A DNA stretch of 56,036 bases. Origin: Girardia tigrina. Lineage: Eukaryota. Under the pieces are notes generated by a model. It had not been told where the DNA came from. It searched no databases and saw only the letters and a program-made list of their open reading frames with translations. Position numbers and translations under genes: made by a program. Each line of letters starts with the position of its first letter. Position 1 is the stretch's first letter. Location of the stretch: the NCBI GenBank assembly GCA_001938485.1, contig MQRK01193787.1, positions 1-56,036 of the forward strand, written 5' to 3'. Below are positions 42,301-52,935 of this stretch, in pieces.

Positions 42301-45300
42301 GAAATACATTTATTGCCATTTAAATGTCGAACTTTTAATAAAAAGTGAATTAATGTAGATAAAAGATGAAATATTTCGGTTATAATGAAATGCTTGATAG
42401 ACTTTCTTATTTATTTTTAAGGAATTTGAAATCGGCATCAAAATTATCCTTAAGTAGCATGAATTTTGATACAACAATGTTAAAATTATTTACCTTACAA
42501 ATGGCAAATCTATAAGGCAAATTAGAAAGTAGTTTATGTGTCAGGTAGTCATCGATAAGATAATCTTTAACCGCTTTATGCCATAAATGAACCTTTGTTA
42601 ATCTTTATTGACCCAAAAACGGCCAATGAATATCTGATTACCTGAGGACAATAGCATGTCAGTTAAAATCAGCAACTGTTTCTAAGTTAATACATTTTCT
42701 ATTTCAATTAAAACAACTTTCTGATTTTAATTTATGTTACAGAGTACGTTTTATGTTCTTATAAATTGCACCTTTATGTAAAACATACCTAATATAAAAC
42801 CGCATTTTTTAAAAAAAATGCTGCCCGGAATTAAAATCGAAGTAAACTATAAATATTTATTTCTAGAAATTTTACAATGTTCATAATTTTAAAATTTTTG
42901 TTCATAATACTGTAAAAAGTAGCTACTTATGCATCACTTCAACACGTATTTCAAAGATTAACAATTGTATTTCAAACAAGTAAATCAAAAAATAAATTTT
43001 TTATATCCATTCTTTATGCAGACAAAATTCTACTTGGTCAACAAAGTTTTTAAAATTACAAAAAATTTAAATTTAAAAAATTTTAATAAAAAAGCACATT
43101 AAAAAATAATATAAACTACTTATAATTTATAAGTAGATATCTTGCAATTAATATTGTTCGGGAAGTCCGAATTTTCCGTTTTTTTCCCATTTTGAGATCT
43201 TCAAAAGTTTTTTTTCGATCAAATTTTCACATTATCATTTATTATCATCGAAAGTGAGTAAGTGTGCAAAGTTTGAAGAAAATCGATGGAGTAAAAAGCC
43301 TTCAAAAACAGGTTTCTAAATTTAATGGATACATATATATACTTATATAGAAAGTAAGCTAATAAAAAGAATGGAAAAATAAAAATTGTATTGAAAAAAA
43401 TACCAAAATTATGTAGATGTACATTAATTATTTAATCTTCATTGTATAAGAAAAAATAAATGATAATTTATTAATTATAACAATTTTTAGTCAAACATCT
43501 AAATAAATTCGTTCCTGGAGACAATATAGCCTCAGTCAAATCATATGTTTTGGAATTTAAATTAAAATTATTATATTGTTATCTTTATTCATGTTTCAAC
43601 TTCCCTCCTATTGAACTTTGAACAATATAGGGTTATTCTTAATTATGTACCCATCTATTCAAAATTATATACCAAATATTAAAAAAATTTAATTAATATA
43701 TTTTTGGACTTTTACGCCTTATTAAATGCCTATAAAAGAAAGAAAAACTATTATAAAAGATATTTACGATCCAATTATTTTAATGAGTCAAAACCACAGC
43801 CACTCAATAAAATATATTTGCGATATTTTGAATCTCGATCGTAAATACAAAATCACGAAAATGGGAAAAAATTCGTTTCATCATCATTAGGGAAACATGC
43901 CGAATAAGACAGAATACTTTAAATAATATCGATCAATTGATATTTAATTCAGTTTCTTGTTATAATAGTCTGATTCAGAAAGAATTAGCTACAATCATTG
44001 AGAATCATGAAAATATAACAACCAACAATATCGAGAAAGTTATCCAAAATGCAAATAAGTAGAAAACGGCTTACTTTAGTGCCAAAACAAAGAAATACAG
44101 AAGATAAAAAAGACATGCGAACTCGGTAGAATCTCGGATTCTAATCTTGTTTTTCTCGACGAAACTAGATTTAATAAACACACGACAAGATCCTATTGAT
44201 ATTCACTCGTAAATACAAAGGCACATTTAAATGTAGATGCCAACAAAGGAAAAAATATTAGCTTGATGTGCGTCATTGACGATTCAGGTATATTGTTTTA
44301 TCAATATAAACAAGGTTCGTTTACATCAGAAACCTTTATTGAGTTTTTGCATAATGGTTTGGGCAGTTATCTAATGGCAGATCCCGCTAAAATACTTATA
44401 ATGGACAATGCTGCATTCATAAATCCGCACTCTTAGTTCAATATTTTCAAAACAGAAATATTCGAGTAAAATATACAGTTCCGTACTCCCCGGAATTAAA
44501 TCCAATCGAAGAATTTTTTTCGATGATAAAATCTAGATATCACTCGGCCAGAAATACTAACAGTGAAATAGGTATTGAGGGTACATTAGACTCGATTTTA
44601 TGTTCGAGAAATGATTATTCGCAGGAATGTCGAAACTTTTTTATAAACATGAGATGGCTAGAAAGAGTTAGAAGAAGAGAAGATTTTATTTAATTAAATT
44701 CTTGGTAAAATAAATCATTATTATCCGTTTGTCGTTTTAAGATATCTTTGTTCAATCTTAATTAAAAAATAATTTAATACTATTTATTTTGTCTATAATA
44801 TTAATAAATGGGTATATAATTTTGAATAGATGGGTATATAATTATGAATAACCCTATAATTAATTATTACGAGGACTCTTTAAGAGTCAAATTCTCCACT
44901 CAGTTTGGGTGATTGTGTTATGATGACTTCTTAGTTATGATAGTCCTCTTCTGCAAATACGGTATTATTGTTTAACCCCTTTACCGTGGAAAAAAAATTT
45001 TTTTTGTTGAATTGACTGTTAGTTTAGCCTACCTCTCTACATTGTTATTGATTTCCAATGCTTTTTTTGTATCAGGACGAGTTAACTCGGGACGTACGGC
45101 ACACAGACGACTTTTATATATCTGAAGACGAGTTAACTCGTGATGTACGGTTAAGCCCAAGATTTCATATGATGAGTTAACTCGTGACACACGGTAAAGG
45201 GGTCAAGGCAGTTAATAATAGCAAAACTGATTATAAAACATATTTATAGAAGTGATGCTGCCCCATTTTCATATTAAAACCTTCATACTAATATGGTTCA

Positions 45301-48300
45301 AATCTATCATAGAGGAATCCATTGTGTTAATATTATTTTTTACACGTATCATCACTTGACACAATAATTTTATTTTCCTAATTTAAACCATTTATTTTGT
45401 TTTTCTTTCCCTTTTGTCAGTAGATTGAATTTTTTTTCTTTCAGCAAACCGCGTTCAAATGCTTCTCAATAAATCGTCAAATAAATTCTCGTCATCTACA
45501 TCCTCTGAATTTCACAGTTTCAATCGCACGAATAGTGTGACAAGCTCTGAATTTTCCAGCACGACAAGAAGTTCTAAGCGATTTAGTGAAATTAAAGAAG
45601 TTTCCTCAACTGATCTTTCTTTTGCTTCTTCCTCAAGAAGTTCCTATAAATCTTCGACAACAGAAAAGAAATCGAATATTACTACATCCTCAAACAGCAG
45701 TGTTACTGAGACCAAGAAGCAAACTGTAGCTCCTGAATTTACGGAAAAATTGAAAAAACCAACAGGGTTATTTGATGGAGATCGGTTGACATTAGAAGCG
45801 GCGTTTTCGGGAACTCCAGTACCGACTATTAAATGGACAAAAGATGGAAAGGTGATTTCTTTATATGGTTCCCACTTTAATTTTAATCTAAAATATTTGT
45901 TATTGGTGTCATTTTATTGATCCTTTTTTTTATTACTTAAGAGACTAACTTGAGAATACTTGAGATTCGGGTACCAATCATTAGATTATAGATGTATATA
46001 ATAGTAATCCTGTAAATAAAATATTCTGGACCCTAGAAGCTTCTATAATTGATCTTTGTAATCGTTCAATTTGATGGATACAACAATTTAAAACAATGAA
46101 AATCTAATTAATTAATAAAATATTATTTTAAGGGTTTTACATGATTTACAATGACAGAATTTTTATAGGTCTGTTTTTTTTACTTTAAATAAAAAAAATA
46201 AAACTCAGTATTTTTTAAATTGGTTTCTCAGTATTAAAAAAAACCAATTTATTATTTATTATATTATATATTATAAATGCTACCCGCTATTTCGCCGTAT
46301 ATACTACAATGTGTGAAATGTTAAAGTTGGATTGGTATATTAATTTGAACTTCGCTCTCCATGATAACTACAAAAATATTATGCAGAGGAAAGAATAATG
46401 CCAATAGAGTGCTGTTGAATCTGAATCCTTTCGTTCCTAGGAGTGTATATAAACGTTTTTGTATATATGGACCGATAAACCGAGGAACGTATATTTTCGA
46501 TTGATGTTTTTAGCGAGTTTTAAAAATATTTTACTGTTTTTTTTTAAATACAGAGAAATCAATTTAAAAAATACTGAGTTTTATTTTTTTACTGTGCAAA
46601 AAATATTCATCGTATTTATATTTAATGTAATTTAATAAATTTTAATTATTATAAAAATAAAGCAAATTAACTTTTTAAAATTCATTGTTCATTCAGGGCT
46701 TCTTAAACTTTCATTCATGACCTCATTTTTTGTGAGTAATTTGGCGACTCATTATTAATATAAAAAGATTTACAAATATTCTGTGTTGATTTATTTATTA
46801 AGTAACATTATAGATGCATAATGTAAATTTTTTTTAAATTTTCTGGCTCCCCGTTGCACTAAGTGTGTTTATACAACCAGAAGTCTCTAGAATCACGGAA
46901 CGAAGGAACATGACTGTTCATTTTTCAGAGGGAAGCCTAAGCGTGCCCGTGCATTGAAAGCTCGCACACTTGCATCTGAAGCCGTGTGAGAGGATCAGAA
47001 AACTTTGTATTTGTCAAATGATTTCAACCCGATACAGAGTCTATGATTCACTACCATGTGCTCCAATGCTTAGTATTATTTGTAATACACAGTCATTCGT
47101 AACAGTCGGGAGACGCTTATATATTCATACATACATTCTGGTACCTTTAATTCACCTAAAAGCAATATATTAAAATATTTTACATTAAATTCTCGCGACA
47201 CCCATAGTTTAATAGGGTTTTATATTATTTAATAAAAATAAATTGTTTTTTTAATTTAAAATTTTACATTATTATTTGTAAATTTAATTATAGTTTGGAT
47301 GAAAACCTCAATTAAAAAATTTTAAAATGTGATCATATGACATGTTTCGATGGTTTCTTGCCAATTTATGTCGACATGCAAGCAAATTAAGTAAAAAATA
47401 AAGGTACCATTATACAAATTTTGTACGCAGACACGGATTTAAAAAAAAGGTTTAAGAAAATATATGGAAATAACAAACTAATCATTAAGATGCCATATTC
47501 TCAAGAGTTTAGATAATTTACGAGAAGTATTAATAGAAATATAAGTAGTGTCATGATTGTTTCAATCACATCCAAAGTCCCAAGGTACTTCCAAAATAAA
47601 TTGAAAACAGTCTGACGATTTCAAGATAATCTCGTTTATAAATTTAGTTGACTAATTTATTATAGAAAATAATCATTATTTCAAAACCCGGATTAGTGAG
47701 CATTCACAATCGAAGAAGATTTAACGCATATCATACGTTTTTGATTTTTTATTTTAGAGGTACTTTAAAGAAATTGATTAAGTTTTAGATTGAAATACTG
47801 GTATTTCTAAGGTCCATAATAAATACATTTGTGTATAATTCGAAATAAATATTATCATTAATTACTTAAAATAATTCATGTCGTATAAACTCTACAATGG
47901 TCCTTGGTAATTTCATCGTTATCACTGATTGATGCGATTTGTTGATTTAATATACCCCATAAACTTATTCTATTCTTCATCTTTCATGAGACAATGTCTA
48001 AGGCAAAAATAGATTAATTGCATTTATAAAATAGGATATAAACTTGGGAACTATACCAAAAAATGTTAGTAACAGTTTATAATAATAAAAAATCCATGTT
48101 TTAAAACAGTTTACTGTTTAAGTTTTATAGTTTTTTTAGATTTTCTATACATCATCATATATTCCATACCTATTTTAAAGGTTATGAATATTCTAAAAGA
48201 TATTGTTTTCTTTTTAAAGGGTCTACGGAAGAGTTGTCCTACCATTCTCGTAACGAGTCTCATCCTGCGTCGGAAATTTCGGTTGTGCAATGAACAAACC

Positions 48301-51300
48301 ACAAACATTGACAATCTAAATAGCGTTTCCATCTAATTCAAATCAGGTGGATAAATAATGCAAAACATAATTTATATCATTTAGCGTTAAACCGTTTTTG
48401 TCTCTATTTTACCCATACCAAAATGTTATATCGTGATAGAATTTAATTAAAAATAAAAATACTTCATAACCCCACTGAGGCTCTGGATCCCAGAACTTGT
48501 TTTACATTTGTCACAAGTTTTTATTAAATTTGGTTAAAAATACTTTTTCTAGGTCCTAAAAGGAGATGGAGTAATCGAAATCACAACAACGGCTGGTCGA
48601 TCAAAACTAACGATTGCTGAAGCCATGTTAGAAGATTCTGGAACATACGTATGTGAAGCCTCGAATGAAGCAGGCGTTAAGGATACATCAGTAGTTGTGG
48701 AAATAGGTTTGCTTTGAGATTTGATAAAGCTTCAATTATGATTGAAATAATTAGCGGAAAACTTGGATGCTATAACTAATGGAGGTTCACCTCCAGCCGC
48801 TGAAGTCAAGAGTACACCAAAAGAAGTAACCAAAGCATCTGAGAACAAAACAATTTCGACATTTTTCAAACAACATTTAACCAGTCAAAATCTCATGGAC
48901 TCGGATCCTATGTCTCTGAGCTGTAAAGTTGAGGGCTTTAATTCGAGTAACATGAAAGTAAAATGGACTCAAAATAAAACTCCAGTTCCTGGAAATTTCG
49001 AAATTACTCAAGATGGAAACACACTATCCTTAAAACTGGATGAAGTCTTTCCTGAAGATGGAGGTTTATATATGTGCGAAATATCCGATGAAAGTGGACG
49101 AACTTTGGCTTTAACAGCGTGTACTGTTGTCATTGGAAGTACAATAATACATTTATTAATTTAATTATTAATTTTCCAATTTTCTAGTACCAGAAGAAAC
49201 TCCTGAGGAGCCGATTATCAGTAAATTTACAAAATCGGATACGATTGACGAAGGATCTTCTATTACCCTTAATTGTGGATTCGAAAGCGAAATTATTTCA
49301 GGTAAAATCATCCTAAATATTTAAGATTTACTGAATTTTTAATATTTTTCGACATTAACTTTTATTTAAACATTATGTCTAAACTTTCATTACGTCAGTG
49401 GTTTCCAACCTTTTTGTACCAGCGGTCCTCTTTAAAAACAAATTGTTGATTCATTTTTTGTGACACCTATTCGATTTTTTTGTTTTGTATTCGAAAATGA
49501 TATTTTGGAAGCAGCTGCATGCCCCCTTGCGCCCCACAGGTTGGAAACCACTGCATTATGTGCATTTAATAAATACCCAGCTTGACAAAGACAACTAATT
49601 TCAAAAAGGGCCATTTTATAACACAACAAGCTTACTGTATGTAAGTATCATATTTCAACATTGTAAGTAGCGTTTAAGCCACTTTCATCATAACTAGATT
49701 CGAAAAAAGTTTTAAAAGAAAAGGTGGATTTTTTGCTGAAATTTATGTGTAAATTCATTAATAAAAAATTGATAGTTATGAATTCTCATTAAAATTTTGA
49801 AAACGACATAAACGAAACTAACACAAACTATTAAAAACACCAGTATAAATGTTATTATAGAATTTGATAGGGTGTTTATACAGAACATGTCACAATTATT
49901 TATTTACTTTGAATAGATAATTCATAATTTGAATATAATCATTCTTAGGTGCATTAGAGAAAATTATTAAATATTGTTGGGGTGTTTTTTTGGTGAACTG
50001 TAAATGTTTGGATATTTTTAAATTGAAAATCATATTTATAGTTAAGATAAGTTAAAATAATGCTTTATTGATTAAAATGAATTTTTTTAATAAAATGACC
50101 TATAAAGAAAGTTTTCTATAAGTAAAACTGAGTTTTAGAATAATTTAGTGTCTTTAAAAAATTAATTTATAATAGAAGTTACAAAATTATGAGTAAATAA
50201 AAAACAGATGGAGATTTCATTTTCTTTAAAAAAATCTTTCAAAGTTATAATTTATTATACTTACAGTACATAACTTAAATTAACTAAAATTATATTTCAA
50301 ATAGGATATCTGGTTGTGCTAAAAATGAAACATTGTTCCTCATAAATTTGTTTAAAAAATCATTGTTTGTTAGAAATTTTTGGATTTACGAACCCAATAA
50401 ATAAACATTTTTCCAATGTCAGTTACTTGATCATCCTTTTCGTCTGGAAGATAATTCCAAAACTAATTGAAAAAATTAATATCTTTTTCAAAAAACATTT
50501 TAAAAAATGCAAAACAGATTCCTTGTAAGTCGAGTTTATAATATTTTCCTTATCAGAAATTTCAGAATTCATATTTATCGCAAAAAATTATTAATGACAA
50601 TAATTCACATTGTATAAACTGTGTTTTTATTCATTTAATGCACATGGAGGTCTAGCTTACGCGACCACCACCTGTGGAAGAAAGTGATGAAAGAAAAAGA
50701 AAAGAAAATTATTTATAATTAATAAACAATAATAAATAATTTTCTTTTCTTTTTCTTTCATCACTTTCTTCAACAGGTGGTGGTCTCGTAAGATAGACCT
50801 CCATATGGATTTAATGAATAAAAACACGGTTTATATAGTTAGGAAAATTTTCTCGTTAATTTAATCATGTATCAAAAATCAATTTGTTAAATTTTTCTTT
50901 TAATTTAATTAATAAAATTAAAGTATAATTATAAAATTTATTTTTAAATTAAAATTAAAAGTTATTTATAAAATTTTATCATAAAACTATTAAATTTTAA
51001 TTTAAAACTAATATTTAATTTTTAAAAATTTATTTCTTAAAAATATGATAAAATTTAATCTGTTTATTATTAATTTAAAATATTTTATCAATTATAGGGT
51101 TTATCGAGCTATTTCATAATTTAGCAGGCCATTTAATAACAATTTTAAACACAAAATATCTTATTCATAAAATATGTGAATGCAAAAAACATTGTGTAAA
51201 AATGAAGTAACGACTTTTTTAATTTTATTTTTTACATATAAATAAGCTTAATGGTTTATTATTTGTCCCCTCTCAGCCCTATGAAGATATCCATAGGGAA

Positions 51301-52566
51301 TGCGCTGTAATTTCCGGTTTATACATCACTGAATTTTTCGAACTATTAATCTTCGAAGTTTTACTTTATTTCAAGCACTACCTCGAACGTTATCCATGAT
51401 AAAAAATAGGTTTTCAATACCTTTGATAATGCAGTACTCTTTAACGTTTTTAATGTATTGTTTAAAGTTTTCACCATTTACTACTCTTTCAAATATGGTA
51501 TTATAAATCATGCCATATTTGTTCATTGCCACGAGTACTGAAATATTACGACTTCTAGCTGCCGAAACAATCAAATTCCTCTCATCGACTTTAACCTCGA
51601 TTTGGACGAGTAACAACAGCAAAGCCAACTTCGTTCAAAAATATATAGTTTTTATCATTATTAATAACTTCTAATGCTCGAACGTGTGAAGCATATACTT
51701 TTCTGAGTTCAATTGTTTTAGTGCAGTTTTTTTACGCTCAGGACCAATGTGACATCTTTTAGAGTGTAGTGAAACTCTATTAAAGATCTATCCATTATGC
51801 TTATTGATAAATATATAAAATGAATTAAAACAAATGTTGATTGACAGATCAACGTATATTAATTATAAATAAATATTTTAATTTTTTGTTATTAAATTGC
51901 TTGCATAAATTATGAAATAGCTCGAAAACCCCCCCAATATTTGCCTAGTAAAATATACCAATTGAAATTAATATAAACATTTTTCGGTTTTATATAATTA
52001 TTTATTTCTTTTTGTTTTAATTTAAAAATAATTTTTAATTTTTGTATTTATTGAAATTTTTCAAATTAAAAAAAATCCATAAATTATTTGGAAAAGTGAA
52101 AATTTTAACTAATTTCTCATACTGCAAACATTAAAATCAGACCTAAACCGGATTTTAATTCAACCAAAGTTGTTGGGATCATACTGAAATACTTTAACAT
52201 TTATCAAATATTATTCTCTTCCAAAATCATGTTTAATAATTTAAAAATCCTTTAAAAAAGAAATATTTAAATGGTTTTTTTTCTTAATTTTCAATGATGA
52301 AAAATTGAAATGGTTCCTAATATTCAGTGAAATGGCTGAAAGACGATCAGGAAATATCAAACGACGATCGAACGGAAGTACAAATGACCAACCAAGAAGC
52401 CACGATGAAGCTTGCTTATACTCTCTCTACAGATTCCGGATTATATACAATTGTAGCCTCAAACGCTAAGGGCAAGACAACGAATTGCTGGTTCTCATTG
52501 ACTGTTCTTCCCGGAGAAGATACAGAGACTAATGTCGACGTTGATAAATTATTATTGACGGCTTGA
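5847..52566 (+). CDS. unc-22: Twitchin (unc-22/projectin family giant Ig-FnIII kinase); about 60 coding exons and 4,400 aa by hand estimate
   Basis: Exon 1 is ATGCCAG|gt at 5847-5853. GT-AG introns link consecutive Ig and FnIII ORFs, and the junctions I translated stay in phase. Architecture: (Ig)9 (IgFn2)2 IgFn3 IgFn2 IgFn3 Ig2 Fn2 Ig2 Fn kinase (Ig)5. The stop TGA is at 52564-52566. Confidence 0.95.
5967..6619 (+). CDS. unc-22: Twitchin exons 2-3 (Ig1, Ig2)
   Basis: [11 protein letters not shown]...WFKG...[15 protein letters not shown] and [11 protein letters not shown]...[15 protein letters not shown]. Confidence 0.9.
7012..7062. repeat. Short tandem duplication (gagaaatacgcacacacgt x2) in a CpG-rich intronic stretch
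   Basis: The direct repeat is visible in the sequence. Confidence 0.7.
8220..8449. mobile_element. GC-rich 230-bp insertion with a 12-bp target-site duplication (SINE-like or non-LTR fragment)
   Basis: AAACAATACTAT occurs at 8208-8219 and 8450-8461, and GC rises sharply between them. Confidence 0.65.
9336..9579. mobile_element. piggyBac-like MITE
   Basis: TTAA|CCCTAATGGGGCC ... GGCCCCATTCGGG|TTAA. Confidence 0.7.
10109..10440. mobile_element. GC-richer dispersed repeat (SINE-like) sharing blocks with 8141-8180 and 8221-8242
   Basis: ggcctcc..tcaatgg is shared with 8221, and ctagtttcc.a.gg.ca...tgga.gt.t.t..gactg is shared with 8141. Confidence 0.5.
10940..13784 (+). CDS. unc-22: Twitchin exons for Ig3-Ig5 and the PKA-site linker
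   Basis: I-set motifs ([17 protein letters not shown]) are followed by a linker with RKAS, RRPS, RRSS, RRES and [11 protein letters not shown]. Confidence 0.88.
14290..15522 (+). mobile_element. Internally deleted Tc1/Tc3-like DNA transposon with TIRs of about 210 bp
   Basis: TA|CAGTGCTGGAAATAAAG ... CTTTATTTCCAGCACTG|TA, with long IRs at about 14290-14503 and 15310-15522. Transposase remnants are [23 protein letters not shown] and [13 protein letters not shown]. Confidence 0.92.
16047..16098. repeat. (TA)n microsatellite, left flank of the Penelope insertion; partner tract at 17526-17645
   Basis: Seen directly. Confidence 0.95.
16097..17525 (-). mobile_element. 5'-truncated Penelope-like retroelement (RT, GIY-YIG, pLTR) with an inverted partial pLTR at its 5' end
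   Basis: ORF 16633-17442 has [22 protein letters not shown] and [15 protein letters not shown] remnant ([25 protein letters not shown]) follows. A 55-bp inverted repeat links 16097-16151 and 17443-17497. Confidence 0.92.
16140..16181 (-). ncRNA. Minimal type I hammerhead ribozyme of the PLE pLTR (core variant CGGAUGA)
   Basis: Minus strand: ATTG-CGGATGA-T-GATGT atgtaa ACATC-GAAAC AT GTC-CAAT. Confidence 0.75.
18991..34878 (+). CDS. unc-22: Twitchin Ig6-Ig18 and FnIII 1-15 exon block (super-repeat region)
   Basis: Repeated LxWxPPxxDGG...Y.VEK...Y.FRV.A.N..G FnIII motifs alternate with Ig domains (R.DSG.Y.L...N..G). Confidence 0.95.
20107..21225 (-). mobile_element. Tc1/Tc3-like transposase remnant (gapped)
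   Basis: [22 protein letters not shown] and [15 protein letters not shown]. Confidence 0.9.
21310..21362. repeat. (TA)n microsatellite
   Basis: Seen directly next to a gap. Confidence 0.95.
21395..21600 (-). mobile_element. Decayed PLE 3' remnant with an oppositely oriented degenerate hammerhead
   Basis: Minus strand [15 protein letters not shown] is a GIY-YIG C-terminus. Plus strand 21537-21577 reads TGAT-CTGAAGC-TGAATGtaagaCCGTC-GAAATATATT-ATTA. Confidence 0.5.
28660..28880 (+). mobile_element. Decayed PLE 3' remnant
   Basis: [16 protein letters not shown] (GIY-YIG end) is followed by a degenerate hammerhead-like ATGAACGATGACGGTTAAACTACCGAAATAAGTT. Confidence 0.5.
30846..31200 (+). mobile_element. 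PLE 3' fragment with a 5' fold-back palindrome (80-bp arms) and a hammerhead
   Basis: 30846-30925 is the reverse complement of 30946-31025 with 3 mismatches. The right arm encodes [25 protein letters not shown], a GIY-YIG C-terminus. Confidence 0.85.
31143..31180 (+). ncRNA. Minimal type I hammerhead ribozyme
   Basis: GAA-CTGAAGA-T-GCCAC aaaa GTGGC-GAAAC AT GTT-TTC. Confidence 0.8.
31586..31688. mobile_element. MITE end remnant, PIF/Harbinger-like
   Basis: GGGGGGTCAAAAATCGGATTTTTGCGTTACGTATTAAATGAAC resembles termini of such MITEs (recalled). Only one end is seen. Confidence 0.35.
35002..35555. mobile_element. hAT-type MITE with an 8-bp TSD
   Basis: CAACTGTG|CAGGGAGTGTAAA ... TTTACTCTTCCTA|CAACTTTG, with subterminal AACCGGTTAA-type motifs. 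The internal sequence is also present at 42937-43610. Confidence 0.75.
36088..38068 (+). CDS. unc-22: Twitchin kinase domain and autoregulatory tail
   Basis: [44 protein letters not shown] and DMWAVGV are all present, with catalytic residues intact. Confidence 0.95.
36270..36713 (-). mobile_element. Tc1/mariner 5' end remnant
   Basis: Minus strand terminus TA|CCGGGTGTTGTAAAAGTC, followed by [22 protein letters not shown] (HTH plus GRP-like motif). Confidence 0.6.
38391..38704 (-). mobile_element. Miniature PLE: GIY-YIG C-terminus and hammerhead bracketed by a 49-bp inverted repeat
   Basis: The IR links 38391-38439 and 38656-38704. The minus strand reads [38 protein letters not shown]. Confidence 0.85.
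38424..38460 (-). ncRNA. Minimal hammerhead ribozyme (AUC cleavage triplet)
   Basis: GT-CTGATGA-T-GACGG ttgat CCGTC-GAAA TTAA TC-AC. Confidence 0.8.
39019..39060 (-). ncRNA. Hammerhead motif with a 3-nt duplication after the core
   Basis: GTT-CTGATGA-CGA-TGACGGT taa ACCATC-GAAA TTAA TA-AAC. Confidence 0.6.
39019..40660 (-). mobile_element. Degenerate Penelope-like retroelement (RT plus GIY-YIG)
   Basis: [53 protein letters not shown] and IGETSRHL, with frameshifts and stops. Confidence 0.92.
41448..52566 (+). CDS. unc-22: Twitchin C-terminal five Ig domains and Ser-rich linker
   Basis: PRFIRKP...[15 protein letters not shown]; [13 protein letters not shown]; a Ser-rich exon at 45445-45851; FPEDGGLY; [11 protein letters not shown]. 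Confidence 0.9.
42937..43610. mobile_element. Partial copy of the 35002-35555 MITE interrupted by a repeat of about 380 bp (about 42995-43375) that recurs at 55300-55620
   Basis: It is collinear with 35110-35405 on both sides of the insert. The insert shares aattaatat(a)taaactacttataatttataagta and gagtaagtgtg.aaagtttgaagaaaat with 55300-55620. Confidence 0.7.
43626..44858 (+). mobile_element. IS630-like ITm (DDE_3) DNA transposon, degenerate, both TIRs present
   Basis: TATAGGGTTATTC.TAATTAT.TACCCATCTATTCAAAATTATATACC and its inverse. Transposase motifs are [19 protein letters not shown] and [18 protein letters not shown]. Confidence 0.92.
44976..45202. mobile_element. piggyBac-like MITE with three internal GAGTTAACTC palindromes
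   Basis: TTAA|CCCCTTTACCGTG ... CACGGTAAAGGGG|TCAA. Confidence 0.75.
46191..46596. mobile_element. MITE with inverted repeats of about 55 bp
   Basis: aaaaaataaaactcagtattttttaaattg.tttctc.gtatt and its inverse at about 46536-46590. The right terminus reads CACAGT on the minus strand. Confidence 0.65.
47300..47870 (+). mobile_element. Decayed PLE (thumb plus GIY-YIG) with an inverted half-hammerhead at its 5' end
   Basis: [13 protein letters not shown] and IVSITSKVP are homologous to the 16.6-kb copy. Minus strand 47339-47362 reads GGCAAGAAACCATC-GAAACATGTC. Confidence 0.7.
49396..49553. mobile_element. hAT (Buster/Charlie) MITE
   Basis: CATTACGT|CAGTGGTTTCCAACCT ... AGGTTGGAAACCACTG|CATTATGT: a 16-bp perfect TIR with an 8-bp TSD centred on TA. 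Confidence 0.92.
50616..50835. repeat. Long fold-back inverted repeat (arms of about 100 bp, short AT loop)
   Basis: aaactgtgtttttattcatt...gaaaagaaaattattt is the reverse complement of aaataattttcttttc...aatgaataaaaacacggttt with about 7 mismatches. Confidence 0.9.
51093..51931 (-). mobile_element. Internally deleted IS630-like ITm transposon
   Basis: TIR GGGTTT(A)TCGAGCTATTTCATAATTTA is at both ends. Remnants are [21 protein letters not shown] and FFIMDNVR. Confidence 0.85.
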
Positions 52567-52929
52567 GTAGCTTTAATCTTTCCGTAAACAAAAGCGACTT
52601 TACGATATAGACTTGAAACAACAAACTGTTTTCCATTTGTTCGTTATTGTTGTTTGTTTATTTCGGTGTGAGTGTTTTTTTTTCAGTTATTTCTCCTAAT
52701 TTTCTATAGTTGAATTTCGATTCGAAATTTTGCTAAGTATGCCGCTTACTTAATCGAAAGAGGAGATCTAACAGCTGGATTGTCATACTAGATGTACTTG
52801 ATGGCCTAGTATTTTCCGACCAACCGAAAGACTTTATAATGGATTTGTGGAATTCGTTTTAGTTTGTCCCTTTGGATTTATGTTTGGCCATTTATTAGAT
52901 TTATTTCAATTGTATACTTAAATTATTAT

Positions 52930-52935
52930 AATAAA
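52930..52935 (+). terminator. Candidate polyadenylation signal of twitchin
   Basis: An AATAAA lies about 365 nt after the stop and is followed by T-rich sequence. Confidence 0.4.

Noticed and set aside
45075-45190. Spaced palindromic repeats resembling a CRISPR-like array
   Set aside because: There are only three copies, inside a TTAA-flanked MITE, so these are subterminal transposon motifs in a eukaryote.
5847-52566. Non-canonical introns or a variant genetic code in twitchin
   Set aside because: All junctions traced are GT-AG, and no in-frame stops were needed in the exons I translated.
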